64,000 nucleotides of DNA from an uncultured Verrucomicrobiae bacterium (lineage in GTDB: Bacteria > Verrucomicrobiota > Verrucomicrobiia > Chthoniobacterales > UBA10450), in the NCBI GenBank assembly GCA_963735805.1, contig CAVTMK010000002.1, forward strand, positions 1,440,001-1,504,000. The letters are read 5' to 3'. Under the pieces are notes generated by a model. It saw only the letters and a list, made by a program, of their open reading frames with translations, was not told where the DNA came from and ran no database searches. Shown here one piece after another: positions 49,739 to 60,085 of the stretch (positions within the stretch are counted from its first letter, which is position 1; each line of letters starts with the position of its first letter). The position numbers were made by a program, and so were the translations under genes.

Positions 49739-51772
49739 ATGGCCCTCTGGAAAAAGCTGGTCTGGTTTGGCGTGGCCGCGTTGGGAACGTGGGCGGTCGC
49801 TATTCTGGCGTTATCCCGCGGCGAGCGGATCAGCGCGCTCTGGATCGTGATCGCTGGATTTTGTGCACTGTCCATCAGTTATCGTTTTTACAGCAAATGG
49901 CTGGCAACAAAGGTGCTCGTGGTCAATGAAGAGCGTGCGACGCCGGCAGTCTTGCAAAACGACAACAAAGATTATGTGCCAACAAACCGATGGATGGTTT
50001 TCGGACATCATTTTGCAGCGATCGCTGGCCCTGGACCGCTGGTTGGACCTGTCCTTGCGGCGCAATTCGGTTTTCTCCCCGGCACTCTGTGGATTTTGAT
50101 CGGCGCAACGCTCGGCGGTGGCGTTCACGATATGATCGTTCTTTTTGCCTCGATTCGCCGCGGCGGGAAAACGCTTGGTCAAATGGTGAGAGAAGAAATC
50201 GGACGCGGAGTTGGGCTGCTCGCGGTGGTCAGTGTCTTGGCGATTATGATCATTTTACTGGCGGTTCTCGCGCTAGTCGTCGTGCAAGCCCTGGCTGAAA
50301 GTCCCTGGGGCGTATTCACGATCGCGACGACGATTCCGATCGCGCTGATCATGGGAGTTGGATTGCGCACGGGCAAAGTGAACGTGACGGCGATCACAAT
50401 CTTCGGCTTGCTTGGCCTGGCGTTTGGCGTGTGGGGCGGACAATTCCTCGCTCACTTCCCCGCGATTGAGAGTTGGTTCCGTCACGACCAGAAGTGGCTT
50501 GCATGGGCCATCATGATTTATGGACTTGCCGCGTCCATTCTGCCGGTCTGGATGCTGCTGACCCCGCGGGACTACCTCAGCACGTTTTTGAAACTCGGCA
50601 CCGTAGCCATGCTTGCGGTTGCCGTCGTTCTGATCAATCCCACGTTGCAGATGCCGGCGATTACGAAATTCATCGATGGCAGTGGGCTTGTCTTTGCGGG
50701 TCCGGTGTTTCCCTTTGTATGTATCACCATCGCCTGCGGTGCAGTCTCCGGGTTCCACTCCTTGATCGCTTCTGGCACGACTCCCAAAATGATCACACGC
50801 GAATCGACAATACGCAGCATCGGCTACGGAGCGATGGTCACAGAAATGATGGTTGCCCTGATGGCGATGATCGCAGCGTGCGTGCTGCAACCGGGAGAGT
50901 ATTTCGCAATTAACACAAAAGGTGCGCCGACCGAAGTCGTCGAAAGAGTTTCTGCTGCTGGTTTTCCGGTAACCGAAACGGCGATGCAGAAACTGGCCAC
51001 AAACCTCGGCGAATCCACGATGTTTAATCGCGCAGGAGGAGCGCCCACTTTCGCCGTCGGCATGGCAAGCATGTTTGCGCGAGTCTCAACCAAGCCGACT
51101 GCGCTGGCGCTGTGGTATCACTTTGCCATCATGTTCGAAGCCCTGTTCATCCTTACAACCATAGACGCCGGAACACGCGTGGGACGATTTCTGCTTCAGG
51201 ATTTTCTCGGCAATCTCTGGCGTCCGTTGGGGAATACGCGTTCGTGGGGCGCGAATTTTTTCTCCAGCGTTTTGCTCGTCGCGGCATGGGGATGGTTTTT
51301 GTACGAGGGTGTGATCGACCCTCTTGGTGGCATCAACTCGCTTTGGCCGCTCTTCGGACTCGCCAATCAATTACTCTCGGTGGTTGCGCTTTGCCTTGGC
51401 ACAACGCTTTTGATCAAAATGCGAAAGAGCAAATATCTCTTTGTAACTTTGGGGCCCCTTTGTTTCATGTGCGCGGTCACATTTTCTGCGGGCTATCTGA
51501 AAGTTTTTTCATCTGATCCAAGGCTAGGGTTCCTCAGCGGTGCCCAATCGCTCTTAAGTCAGGCGGCAGCGGTTACCGATCCAGTCAAGGCGGTTAATCT
51601 GGCGCGACAGGCAACTATCTGGCGATTCGATGCCTTCGTGGCGGTTTTCTTTCTCGTGCTCGTGCTCCTAATCGTTCTGGGCTCTGCGAGGCAATGGTGG
51701 CAATTATTGCGCGGAACCAGGCGCGTCGTTTTACACGAAAGCGAATTTGTGCCCCTCAGGGCGGTATCGTAA
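49739..51772 (+). CDS. cstA: Carbon starvation protein A (peptide/pyruvate transporter)
   Basis: FGHHFAAIAGPGPLVGP, PRDYLS, ACGAVSGFH, LWPLFGLANQLL. Confidence 0.96.
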   Translation: MALWKKLVWFGVAALGTWAVAILALSRGERISALWIVIAGFCALSISYRFYSKWLATKVLVVNEERATPAVLQNDNKDYVPTNRWMVFGHHFAAIAGPGPLVGPVLAAQFGFLPGTLWILIGATLGGGVHDMIVLFASIRRGGKTLGQMVREEIGRGVGLLAVVSVLAIMIILLAVLALVVVQALAESPWGVFTIATTIPIALIMGVGLRTGKVNVTAITIFGLLGLAFGVWGGQFLAHFPAIESWFRHDQKWLAWAIMIYGLAASILPVWMLLTPRDYLSTFLKLGTVAMLAVAVVLINPTLQMPAITKFIDGSGLVFAGPVFPFVCITIACGAVSGFHSLIASGTTPKMITRESTIRSIGYGAMVTEMMVALMAMIAACVLQPGEYFAINTKGAPTEVVERVSAAGFPVTETAMQKLATNLGESTMFNRAGGAPTFAVGMASMFARVSTKPTALALWYHFAIMFEALFILTTIDAGTRVGRFLLQDFLGNLWRPLGNTRSWGANFFSSVLLVAAWGWFLYEGVIDPLGGINSLWPLFGLANQLLSVVALCLGTTLLIKMRKSKYLFVTLGPLCFMCAVTFSAGYLKVFSSDPRLGFLSGAQSLLSQAAAVTDPVKAVNLARQATIWRFDAFVAVFFLVLVLLIVLGSARQWWQLLRGTRRVVLHESEFVPLRAVS

Positions 51773-51774
51773 CT

Positions 51775-52563
51775 CTAACCGTACAAGTCCTGTCGGCGAT
51801 GAGCGAGCGATTCTACGCGACGCCGGACCGAGAGCACGAGGTCTTCAGACACGTCGGCGTGAATAAGTTCTTCGCGATCCGATGATGCAGATGCAATTAC
51901 GACTCCTCGAGGATCGATGATTGCCGAGTTGCCGCAAAACCACAAATCGTCGTCTTTGCCGACGCGGTTTGATACAATCGCGTAACTCTGGTTCTCAATC
52001 GCACGCGCCAGGGCGAGCGTTCGGAAATGTTCCAGACGTGGGAACGGCCAGGCTGAAGAAACGATAAAAGCACTTACATTCTGCTCCAAAACGAGTCGCC
52101 GGTACATTTCGGGAAACCGGAGATCGTAACAGATACTGAAGCCGAAGCGCAGATTACCCAGGGCAAAGTTGGCGAACGCATTGCCCGGAACGAAACATTT
52201 CTGTTCTTCAACGGGCGCCACCGCGTAAAGGTGAGTCTTGCGATATTTCGCGCCGATCTTCCCGTCCTGATCGACAAAAACCAAGGAGTTGTAAATTGAT
52301 ATGCCATCCTGTTCCGACACGCCGCAGACGATTGCAATCGAAAGGTTCGCGGCGATTTCCTGAAGGTTGGGCACGAAACCGTCGCTCCACGAATTAGCGT
52401 GAGTTTGGATTACGGACATCGAATATCCGGTGTCGGTCATCTCAGGAAAAACAATCAATTCCACGCCGGAGTCTTTGGCGCGGAGAGAAAAATCTCGAAC
52501 CTTGATCAGGTTCGCTTTGGCGTCACCGAGCGAACAGGAAATCTGAGCGGCCGCAACCTTCAT
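51775..52563 (-). CDS. Carbon-nitrogen hydrolase (nitrilase superfamily)
   Basis: FPE, YRKTHL, ICYDLRFPE, ARAIENQ. Confidence 0.93.
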   Translation of the reverse strand: MKVAAAQISCSLGDAKANLIKVRDFSLRAKDSGVELIVFPEMTDTGYSMSVIQTHANSWSDGFVPNLQEIAANLSIAIVCGVSEQDGISIYNSLVFVDQDGKIGAKYRKTHLYAVAPVEEQKCFVPGNAFANFALGNLRFGFSICYDLRFPEMYRRLVLEQNVSAFIVSSAWPFPRLEHFRTLALARAIENQSYAIVSNRVGKDDDLWFCGNSAIIDPRGVVIASASSDREELIHADVSEDLVLSVRRRVESLAHRRQDLYG

Positions 52564-52638
52564 ACGCTTTTGCGAGCATAGATCGCAACGTAGATTTCAC
52601 TATCGAAATCGTGGCGTTCCAGGATTACGCGCGCTTGG

Positions 52639-53382
52639 TTACAAACGCACAGGCGCCGCGTCTTTGGCCGGGATCCAGCCGCGCAAGTCGTTCGGGAGCG
52701 CTGCGTAAATCCAATCGCCGCGAGTGCTCAGAATTTTGATTTCACTCCCAGGAGGCAATGCCAGCACGCTGTTCGCAGTGTCCGCGGTAGCAAGACGCGC
52801 CTGGACGTCCTTGCCCGTTACGATGGCGAGAGAATCGCCGTTGTTCCCGTACTCCAGCGCATACACCGCATAAATCGAAGCAGCGCAGAGAATCAGGCAC
52901 AAGATCAGCACGGCAATCGCTGCAACCGATCTCCGACGCGCGAAGATCAAGGTGGCGATCACAAAAATCGCGAGCCAAAAACCGATGGCCGCCACGATGC
53001 TGTACTGGTTGGCGCTCGCAAATTGGAGGTAGCGCTCCGGTCGACTTTGTGGCAACTCCAGCGCACGCGCCTCATCTCGAGCGATCTGCAAATTGGCGGC
53101 TGCTTCCGGATGATGTCGCTCTAACGCCAACGCCCTCTCATAATTCAAAATGGCACCCCCAAAATCCCCGGTTCGAAAATAAGCGTTGCCGAGATCGTAA
53201 AACAAATTTGCACTCCATTGTCCTGCGCGAACAAGTGTCTCATATCCTGAGATCGCTTCCTTGAAGTGGCCCTGTGCGTAGTCCTGATTTGCCTTTGCGA
53301 AGTCTGTGTCTGTTTGCGCAACCAATGACGCAGGCCAGATGGCGCATAAAAGAATTGCAAAGAACCAAACGGGACGTTTCAT
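52639..53382 (-). CDS. BatE-like TPR + SH3-like protein
   Basis: Signal peptide, LFYDLGNAYFR...AILNYERAL TPR, TMs, C-terminal GWIP. Confidence 0.85.
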   Translation of the reverse strand: MKRPVWFFAILLCAIWPASLVAQTDTDFAKANQDYAQGHFKEAISGYETLVRAGQWSANLFYDLGNAYFRTGDFGGAILNYERALALERHHPEAAANLQIARDEARALELPQSRPERYLQFASANQYSIVAAIGFWLAIFVIATLIFARRRSVAAIAVLILCLILCAASIYAVYALEYGNNGDSLAIVTGKDVQARLATADTANSVLALPPGSEIKILSTRGDWIYAALPNDLRGWIPAKDAAPVRL

Positions 53383-55256
53383 CGTAAATTCTCAATCAAT
53401 TCCAGCACGTCCCGGCGGTTTTCCGGAGAGATTCTTCCGGGTCCATTATGCGCTCCGCTGTATTGCCATTCGTCGCTTTGCTCGAATAGCTTCCGGAGCT
53501 GGTCGCGCGAATCGTTGCTGAGCTTGAAAGTCTCGGCTGCAGTTTCCGCATCGACCATGTTTGGATCGATCTGGCGACCGCCCGATGCCAACGCCGCTTT
53601 TATGCGAACCATTCTGGATGCTTCGGCATAATATTCTCGCGGCGAAGCGTCGTTACGATGCAATTTGTGCATTAACTCGGATGCCTCGTGTTGCAACGCG
53701 ACAACGCGCTGCGCCTCGCGATTGTCGATCCTTGCCCGCCGAATTTTCCAACCTGCGAATCCGACCAAAACAAGCAATGGGATCAATTGCGCCATCCAGA
53801 AAAAGCGCTGGGTGTAAATCGGAGCAAATGATTCCGCTGCCTTCGGGCGCTCCGTCAATTGATAAAGAATATCCTGAGGCTTCGCTTCGGCGGCCGTTGG
53901 CGTTCCCGTCCGCGCAGTAGCCGCGGGTGCAGGCGACGCGGCCTGCGCCCCGGCGACGCTGGGGGCTGCGCCGCCCTGGACGCTGATCGAAATCGGCTCA
54001 CTCTGCATCGTCACATATTGCTCTTTGACTGGATCGAAATAGGAAAATGCCAGCAATGGCAGAGTTTGCTTTTTCTCATTAGGCGAAAGCACCATTTCGA
54101 AAGTCTTAGTGCCACTGATTCCCACTTCGTCGTCCTGTTTGAATTTCGATGACGGCGGATATTTATGCCAGCCACGGTCGTCTTCAACTACTGGCGCGTT
54201 GACACGATCGAAATTTCCGCGCCCCGAAATGGTGGTTGTGACGGTGATGGGGTCGCCCACTTGCACGGTCTTGGGCTTCGCTTCGGTCGTCATTGTGAAA
54301 TTTCCAATTGCACCCGAGAAACTGGGCGGTGCATTTGGCGGCAACGTTTTCACTTCAAGCGCTACGGGTTCGCTCTTGATTTCCACGTTGCGGCGCTCGG
54401 CAAGTTGGCTGAACGGATTGGAGAAGAACGGATCGGAGAATGGATCATCTTCATCGAACAGATCGAAAGGAGAACGCGGTCGCGACTGCGGCGCGCTCGG
54501 TCTTCGTGGTAGTATCACTTGTGCCTTCGCTTTGACCGGTCCGATTTCAAACTTTCCAGCGCGCGCTGCAGCGATTGCCGTCTTATAAGTAACCACCTCG
54601 TAAGGTCGGCCGCCGATCGTTTCCGTGTTTTGGCCGGATTCCTGCAATTTCTGTGCAGTAAACCCCTGTCCGGTGATTTCCGGAGGCTCAATGAGTCGGG
54701 GACGAACCCGCGGGTCAAAGCCCATTCGAATCTGAACGGGAATGATCTGGCCCACGTAGGCGGTCTTGCTCGGTACGATCAATTCCGCAAAAACCGGATT
54801 GTTTGCGTTGTTCGCTTGCGCGTTACGACCAGGCCGCGCACCAGAGGAGGCAGGCGGCCGGCCGGCCGGGCGACCAGACGAATCCGCAACGTTTAATGTC
54901 AGAGCCGGTGTACGCAGAGAATTGCCGCCGACGCGAATTGTTTGAGGTGGGATGGTAAACGATCCCGCTCTCAGAGGCATGATGGTGTAGTCGTAGATTA
55001 CGCTTGTGGTTAAACTCAGATTGTTCATCTCGATCCGCTGTGAACTTCCGGTTCGGCGGATTTCGAGACCGTCTACCGCGATCTGTTCCGGTGCGTCCGC
55101 GCCCCGTGCCCCCGTGATACGAATCTCCAATTGCACCGTTTCGCCTACTGTTGCCTCAGAGCTATTCAACACCGCTGTCACACTTGGTGAATCGGCATGC
55201 GCGAACTGCGCACTCGCGATAACACCGATGACAACAAATAACCTCCGATAGTGCAT
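53379..55256 (-). CDS. BatD-like protein
   Basis: Ig-like repeats, YVGQ, FSGAIGNF, YFDP; position in the bat operon. Confidence 0.85.
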   Translation of the reverse strand: MHYRRLFVVIGVIASAQFAHADSPSVTAVLNSSEATVGETVQLEIRITGARGADAPEQIAVDGLEIRRTGSSQRIEMNNLSLTTSVIYDYTIMPLRAGSFTIPPQTIRVGGNSLRTPALTLNVADSSGRPAGRPPASSGARPGRNAQANNANNPVFAELIVPSKTAYVGQIIPVQIRMGFDPRVRPRLIEPPEITGQGFTAQKLQESGQNTETIGGRPYEVVTYKTAIAAARAGKFEIGPVKAKAQVILPRRPSAPQSRPRSPFDLFDEDDPFSDPFFSNPFSQLAERRNVEIKSEPVALEVKTLPPNAPPSFSGAIGNFTMTTEAKPKTVQVGDPITVTTTISGRGNFDRVNAPVVEDDRGWHKYPPSSKFKQDDEVGISGTKTFEMVLSPNEKKQTLPLLAFSYFDPVKEQYVTMQSEPISISVQGGAAPSVAGAQAASPAPAATARTGTPTAAEAKPQDILYQLTERPKAAESFAPIYTQRFFWMAQLIPLLVLVGFAGWKIRRARIDNREAQRVVALQHEASELMHKLHRNDASPREYYAEASRMVRIKAALASGGRQIDPNMVDAETAAETFKLSNDSRDQLRKLFEQSDEWQYSGAHNGPGRISPENRRDVLELIENLR

Positions 55257-55299
55257 GCGCGTTTCTATCAACTCTTAACCATCGATCCCATGGGGTCTC

Positions 55300-57534
55300 T
55301 TACCAGTCCTTATAGACATGGCGCGTTGCCCTGCGTTCATCAAGTTGAACTCGCGCCTCCTCGTCTTTCATGGATTCCAGAAGCGCCTCTGCCTGGCGTT
55401 CGCTCATCTGGCCCTCTTTTTCCGGTTCACCTTCGGCAAGCTGACCATTCTTGTCAGGTGGCTTGCCTGATTTGTTTTCGCCGGCTGCACCCTTTACCTG
55501 ACCGGCAAATTTCTTTTGTGGCGATTCCGCAGGGGTCGCAGAAGGCGTGGCGTTTTCGCCTTCACCTTCTCCTGGTGATGGTGACGGCGTTCCGTTTTCT
55601 CCTTCGCCAGGGGTGGGCGATTGTTCGCCTTGGCGTTCACCTGGCGATGGTGAGGCCTGGTTGCCCTTTTGCTCGCCTGGCGAAGGGGAAGGGCTCTCAC
55701 CGGATCGTTGCTGCCGGTCTTTTTGCGGTTCGTTCTTTGCCTGAGACTGGTTGTCCTTTTCCTGTTGCTTATCTTTCTGGTCTCCGGACTTGCCTTGTGA
55801 TTGTTGATTCTGCGATTGCTGCTGGTTCTTTTTTTGTTGCTCGCTCTGGCCTTGTTGCTGTTGTTGTTGCTGCTGGTTTTTCTGTTGTTGCTGCTGTTGC
55901 TGCTGCTGCTGTTGCTGGTCTTGCTGCTGATTCTGTTTGTTCTGTTTGTTCTGTTTGTCCTGGTTGTTCTTTTGCTGTGGTGACGGGGAAGGAGAGGGCT
56001 GCTGCGGTTGTTTCTTATTTTTTAGTTCTTCGATTTTCCTCTTAACGTAGTCGTAGTTCTCTTTCGCCTCTTTGTTTTGCGGATCGAGCTTGAGGGTCTG
56101 GTCGTAGTGATCGAGTGCATTTGTCCAGTCGCTAAGCTTTTTATCGTCGCTCTTTTGTGCTTCGCCGCGCTGATAAAGTGTATTGCCCAGATTGTAATGC
56201 CCCTTGCTTTGCAGACCCGTATCCGGCGAGAGCAGTGCCTGGCTAAACGATTCCAGTGCTTTGCTGTAATCTTTCAATTTGTAAGCGGCGGCGCCTGAAT
56301 CGAACTGAAGCTTGTCTTCGGCCCGCGATTCCGGGTGCGATTTTAACGTCTGTTGAAACTGGCTGTAGGCGTCCTCGAATTTTCCGGTGCGATATGCGTC
56401 GAGGCCGGGAGCGGTGGCGAACGCGGATGAAGAAAAGAGTATCGCAAGAAGGGCGACCGCAACTGCGATCCTCGCTTGCCCACCTGCTACGGGGCGCATA
56501 TCGGTGACAGACGCCGCAGCGTCGGCTCGCTGTCTAGCCCGTTTTCGTTCAGGAATAAGGATAGACAAGGCGAGAGCGATTAACGCCGCGCCGAGAGACC
56601 ATTCGTAACGTTCAATCGGTCGACGCGATAAACGCACATCCATTTCCGCAGCCTGCATTTTCGCCAATCCTTCAGTCTGAATTTGCTGCATCGTGCGAGG
56701 TCCGTTTTCCAAATGAAGATAAAATCCCCCCGTAGCCTGAGCGATTTCGCGCAACCGTTTATCGTCGAGCTTCGATTTAACCACCTGGCCGGATGAATCC
56801 TTAACAAAGCTGGTCTGACCATCATCGCCTGTCACCGGAATCAACGAACCCTGAGGTGTTCCAACACCCACTGTAAAAATTCGGACGCCAGCGTCAGCTG
56901 CTTCTTTTGCAGTTTTCACAGCGTCACCGCTTAATTCTTCGCCGTCGGTGAAGATGACCATCGCGCGATTTCCCATGGCACTTTTGCCGAAGCTCTGCGT
57001 GGCAAGAGTGATAGCGCTTGAGATATTAGTTCCGCCTTCAGGAATCGTCTTCGTATCCAGAGCGTTCAGTGCCTCAACCACAGCGTCGTAATCAATCGTA
57101 AGAGGCGCCTGCAAGAACGCGCGACCGGCAAATGCGATCAGACCAACACGATCGCCCTGTAACTGGTCAATCAAGTCCTGGATGGCGAGCTTGACGCGAT
57201 CGAGCCGGTTCGGTTGAACGTCATTGGATAGCATGCTGCGCGATGTGTCCACCGCGATCAACAAATCGAGGCCCTTGCGTTTTACGTCTTCAAACGTGTA
57301 GCCCCAGCGCGGCTGGGCCAGACTGACAATGGCCAAAGCAAGGCCGAGCAGCTGCAAAGCAAATCTTAGGATACGTCGAGGACGATTCACTGTTCCGGCA
57401 AGCTGCGGAAGCAAGCGCGCTGAAACGAATTCCTGCAATCGCTTAAGCCCGCGCTGCTCTGAACGAACAAACAACGCGATCAGAAGCGGGATCAGAATCA
57501 ATCCCCAAAGCCATTGTGGCGCGCCGAAGCTCAT
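55300..57534 (-). CDS. BatB-BatC fusion (vWA + TPR + Gln-rich tail)
   Basis: DTSRSM MIDAS, APLTID, TDGE, YNLGN TPR, poly-Q, terminal KDW. Confidence 0.88.
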   Translation of the reverse strand: MSFGAPQWLWGLILIPLLIALFVRSEQRGLKRLQEFVSARLLPQLAGTVNRPRRILRFALQLLGLALAIVSLAQPRWGYTFEDVKRKGLDLLIAVDTSRSMLSNDVQPNRLDRVKLAIQDLIDQLQGDRVGLIAFAGRAFLQAPLTIDYDAVVEALNALDTKTIPEGGTNISSAITLATQSFGKSAMGNRAMVIFTDGEELSGDAVKTAKEAADAGVRIFTVGVGTPQGSLIPVTGDDGQTSFVKDSSGQVVKSKLDDKRLREIAQATGGFYLHLENGPRTMQQIQTEGLAKMQAAEMDVRLSRRPIERYEWSLGAALIALALSILIPERKRARQRADAAASVTDMRPVAGGQARIAVAVALLAILFSSSAFATAPGLDAYRTGKFEDAYSQFQQTLKSHPESRAEDKLQFDSGAAAYKLKDYSKALESFSQALLSPDTGLQSKGHYNLGNTLYQRGEAQKSDDKKLSDWTNALDHYDQTLKLDPQNKEAKENYDYVKRKIEELKNKKQPQQPSPSPSPQQKNNQDKQNKQNKQNQQQDQQQQQQQQQQQQKNQQQQQQQQGQSEQQKKNQQQSQNQQSQGKSGDQKDKQQEKDNQSQAKNEPQKDRQQRSGESPSPSPGEQKGNQASPSPGERQGEQSPTPGEGENGTPSPSPGEGEGENATPSATPAESPQKKFAGQVKGAAGENKSGKPPDKNGQLAEGEPEKEGQMSERQAEALLESMKDEEARVQLDERRATRHVYKDW
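55800..55960 (-). repeat. CAG/CAA poly-Gln tract with (ttctgtttg)x3
   Basis: Visible low-complexity run; 9-bp unit x3 at 55931-55957. Confidence 0.8.
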
Positions 57535-57583
57535 AGTCGATTTCGTTGACGCTCTGAAGCGCTAAAGCGTTGAAGAGGAGTGT

Positions 57584-58630
57584 TCACGGCAGTTTTTTCC
57601 AGATAGTTTGCGACAACAAGATTTGCGCCAACAACAGACCGCAGCCGCCCATAAGACATAACGGAAATAGATCGCGGTATTGTTGATATTTTTTCACGCT
57701 AACTGTCGATTTCTCCAGTTTATCTATGTCCTTGTAAATTTGCTCCAGCGATTCGGTGTCGGTCGCGCGGAAGAATTTGCCATCTGCAATTTTGGCAACG
57801 TCCCTGAGGCCGGTTTCGTTAAACTCCACAGGCTGGTTTTCATACACAATATTGCCCAATGCGTCCGTTAACGGTCCTCTGGCCGTGAATACAGGAGCCG
57901 GAGCGATTCCATTGATGCCCGCACCGATCGCATAGAGGTGAATCTTTAACGCCTTGATTGCTTCGGCCGCAGTACTTGGCGGAATTTTGCCGGCATTGTT
58001 TTCTCCGTCAGTTAACAGGACCAGCACATGACTCTTTGAACGCTTGTCATTTAGCCGGTTGGCCGCTGCAGCCATAGCCGATCCAATAGCCGTGCCATCC
58101 TCGACAAGACCGATCCGAACACGGTCCAGGTTTTGCAAAAGCCAGTCATGGTCCAATGTCATCGGACTAACCACATAGGGACGACCTGCGAATGCGATGA
58201 TGCCGATGCGATCGTTCGGCCGGCCCTCGATAAATTTGCGCGTAACTTCGCGGATCGCGTCGACGCGCGTCGCTTCCTGTCCACCGATTGTAAAATCCTT
58301 GGTCAGCATCGATCCGGAGACATCCAGCGCGAGGATAATGTCGATCCCGCTGGCTTCGATTTGAGTCAGGCTCTTGCCGAGTTGCGGACGCGCGAGCGCA
58401 ACCACGAAAACCGCAATTGAAGCCAGCAGTAGCGATCGCAGGAGTTTTCCCGCACGCGCCGCGCTTTGCTTTCCAATCGCTCGAATGCTCGCGGTGGATG
58501 AAAAAGTAAGCGCAGCGGCTGGTCCTCGTTTGCCGCGCAAATAGGCAAGCAACGGAACTGCCAGGAGCAACAGGAGCAGCCAAGGATGAGCGAAGGTCAG
58601 TGCGCTGTTTCCTGTGAACCAATCAAACAC
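57584..58630 (-). CDS. BatA-like vWA protein
   Basis: ALARPQ, DVSGSM, DRIG, DGTAIG, LLTDGENNAG. Confidence 0.92.
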   Translation of the reverse strand: MFDWFTGNSALTFAHPWLLLLLLAVPLLAYLRGKRGPAAALTFSSTASIRAIGKQSAARAGKLLRSLLLASIAVFVVALARPQLGKSLTQIEASGIDIILALDVSGSMLTKDFTIGGQEATRVDAIREVTRKFIEGRPNDRIGIIAFAGRPYVVSPMTLDHDWLLQNLDRVRIGLVEDGTAIGSAMAAAANRLNDKRSKSHVLVLLTDGENNAGKIPPSTAAEAIKALKIHLYAIGAGINGIAPAPVFTARGPLTDALGNIVYENQPVEFNETGLRDVAKIADGKFFRATDTESLEQIYKDIDKLEKSTVSVKKYQQYRDLFPLCLMGGCGLLLAQILLSQTIWKKLP

Positions 58631-59124
58631 GGTTGACCTCCTTTCACAAAACGAATCGCTTCCTCCAGTAACAATTCGCTATCCGAAGTGGTGGCTTCGT
58701 ACCGCGCGAACTTAATCAGGTCGCAGCGGTTCAAGAAATCTTCGAGGAGGGACTTTTCGTCTTCCGAGAACGGCGACGAACCTCTAAGCGCATTTAGAAA
58801 CTCGACGGAGGTCTGTCGCGTGACCGGCAACCCGAACTGTTCCGTCACATAACGCCTGAGAATATCCGACACACGAATGCTGAAACGATAGGGATTGATT
58901 GTATCAATCTGCGCCCGTATTTGCTCGAGCAACGAAAGCGCGCGCTCACGCGGCAGTTGGGGCGGTGTCGGGCGCCGGAGAGATTTTGCAATAAACCACA
59001 CGATCAGACCGATCACCGCGAGTGCAATAAATACTCCCACAAAGATCAGCCACGGGGGGATCAGCGAATAATCTATCGGCGGCGCGATATCGTGGAACTC
59101 CTCAGCCAGCAGCAGTGGAGTCAT
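58597..59124 (-). CDS. DUF4381-like membrane protein
   Basis: HDIAPP, TM, LRRY, QTSVEFL, DLIKFA; ATG at 59124. Confidence 0.75.
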   Translation of the reverse strand: MTPLLLAEEFHDIAPPIDYSLIPPWLIFVGVFIALAVIGLIVWFIAKSLRRPTPPQLPRERALSLLEQIRAQIDTINPYRFSIRVSDILRRYVTEQFGLPVTRQTSVEFLNALRGSSPFSEDEKSLLEDFLNRCDLIKFARYEATTSDSELLLEEAIRFVKGGQPCLIGSQETAH

Positions 59125-59188
59125 GGAGTTGTGGAACAATGGAACCGATGCCGGCAAATTCATATCATCACTCCATTACCTCGCCGCC

Positions 59189-60073
59189 TTATCGAACACC
59201 GAGTCGACGCTCGCGTTGTTTGAAAAAGGAGCGCAACTGCGGCAGGTAGTCTTTGCCGGTTTGCAGCGCGATCGCGTCGACGTTGTTCCGGCGAAGCATG
59301 CGTGCAAGGTCGTGCTCGCGCTCGTCGACGAGGCTGCTGAAACGTGCTCGCGTGTTGCGGTCGGCCGTGTTGATTTCAATTTGTTCGCCGGTCTCGGCAT
59401 CCTCCAGGGTGATAATGCCTATGTTTGGCAACACCTTTTCTCGTTCATCATGAATGTGAATCGCCACGAAATCATGCCGTCGCCCGCTCACAGCCAGAGC
59501 TCGCGAAAAATCGGGCGCTTGAAAATCAGAAATGAAGAAAACGACGGCGCGCCGGGTGACAATCTTGTTCAGATAATCGAGAGCCAGGGCTGGTTCTGTG
59601 CCGCTTCCTTTTGGTTCGAAAAACAGAATCTCGCGGATGAGTCGGAGTGTATGGGAACGCCCTTTTTTGGGAGGAATGAAAAGTTCAACGCGATCGGTAA
59701 AGAGGACCAGCCCGACCTTGTCATTGTTTCGGATCGCGCTGAATGCGAGCAAACACGCGACCTCCGCCGCCAGTTCGCGTTTCGATTGCGTTGTGCTGCC
59801 GAAATTTCCCGAGGCGCTGACATCCACAACCAGCATTACCGTTAGCTCGCGTTCCTCCGTAAATTTTTTCACAAACGCGTTGCCCATGCGCGCGGTGACA
59901 TTCCAGTCGATGGCTCGAATTTCGTCGCCCGGCTGGTATTCACGAACGTCTTCAAAGTTCATTCCGCGGCCTTTGAAGACGCTATGGTAATCGCCGGCAA
60001 ATGCGGTCTCGACGAGGCCCCTCGTTTTTATCTCGAGGGTTCTGATTTTTTTTAGAATCTCAGCGGGGTCCAC
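59189..60073 (-). CDS. DUF58 protein
   Basis: VREYQPGDEIRAIDWNVTAR, DVSASG, ISDF. Confidence 0.93.
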   Translation of the reverse strand: MDPAEILKKIRTLEIKTRGLVETAFAGDYHSVFKGRGMNFEDVREYQPGDEIRAIDWNVTARMGNAFVKKFTEERELTVMLVVDVSASGNFGSTTQSKRELAAEVACLLAFSAIRNNDKVGLVLFTDRVELFIPPKKGRSHTLRLIREILFFEPKGSGTEPALALDYLNKIVTRRAVVFFISDFQAPDFSRALAVSGRRHDFVAIHIHDEREKVLPNIGIITLEDAETGEQIEINTADRNTRARFSSLVDEREHDLARMLRRNNVDAIALQTGKDYLPQLRSFFKQRERRLGVR

Positions 60074-60085
60074 GGATGATTTAGA

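Noticed and set aside
55251..56045. 264-aa plus-strand ORF and a Leu-rich ORF opposite batB/C
   Set aside because: Antisense shadows of the poly-Gln/Pro-Ser tract.
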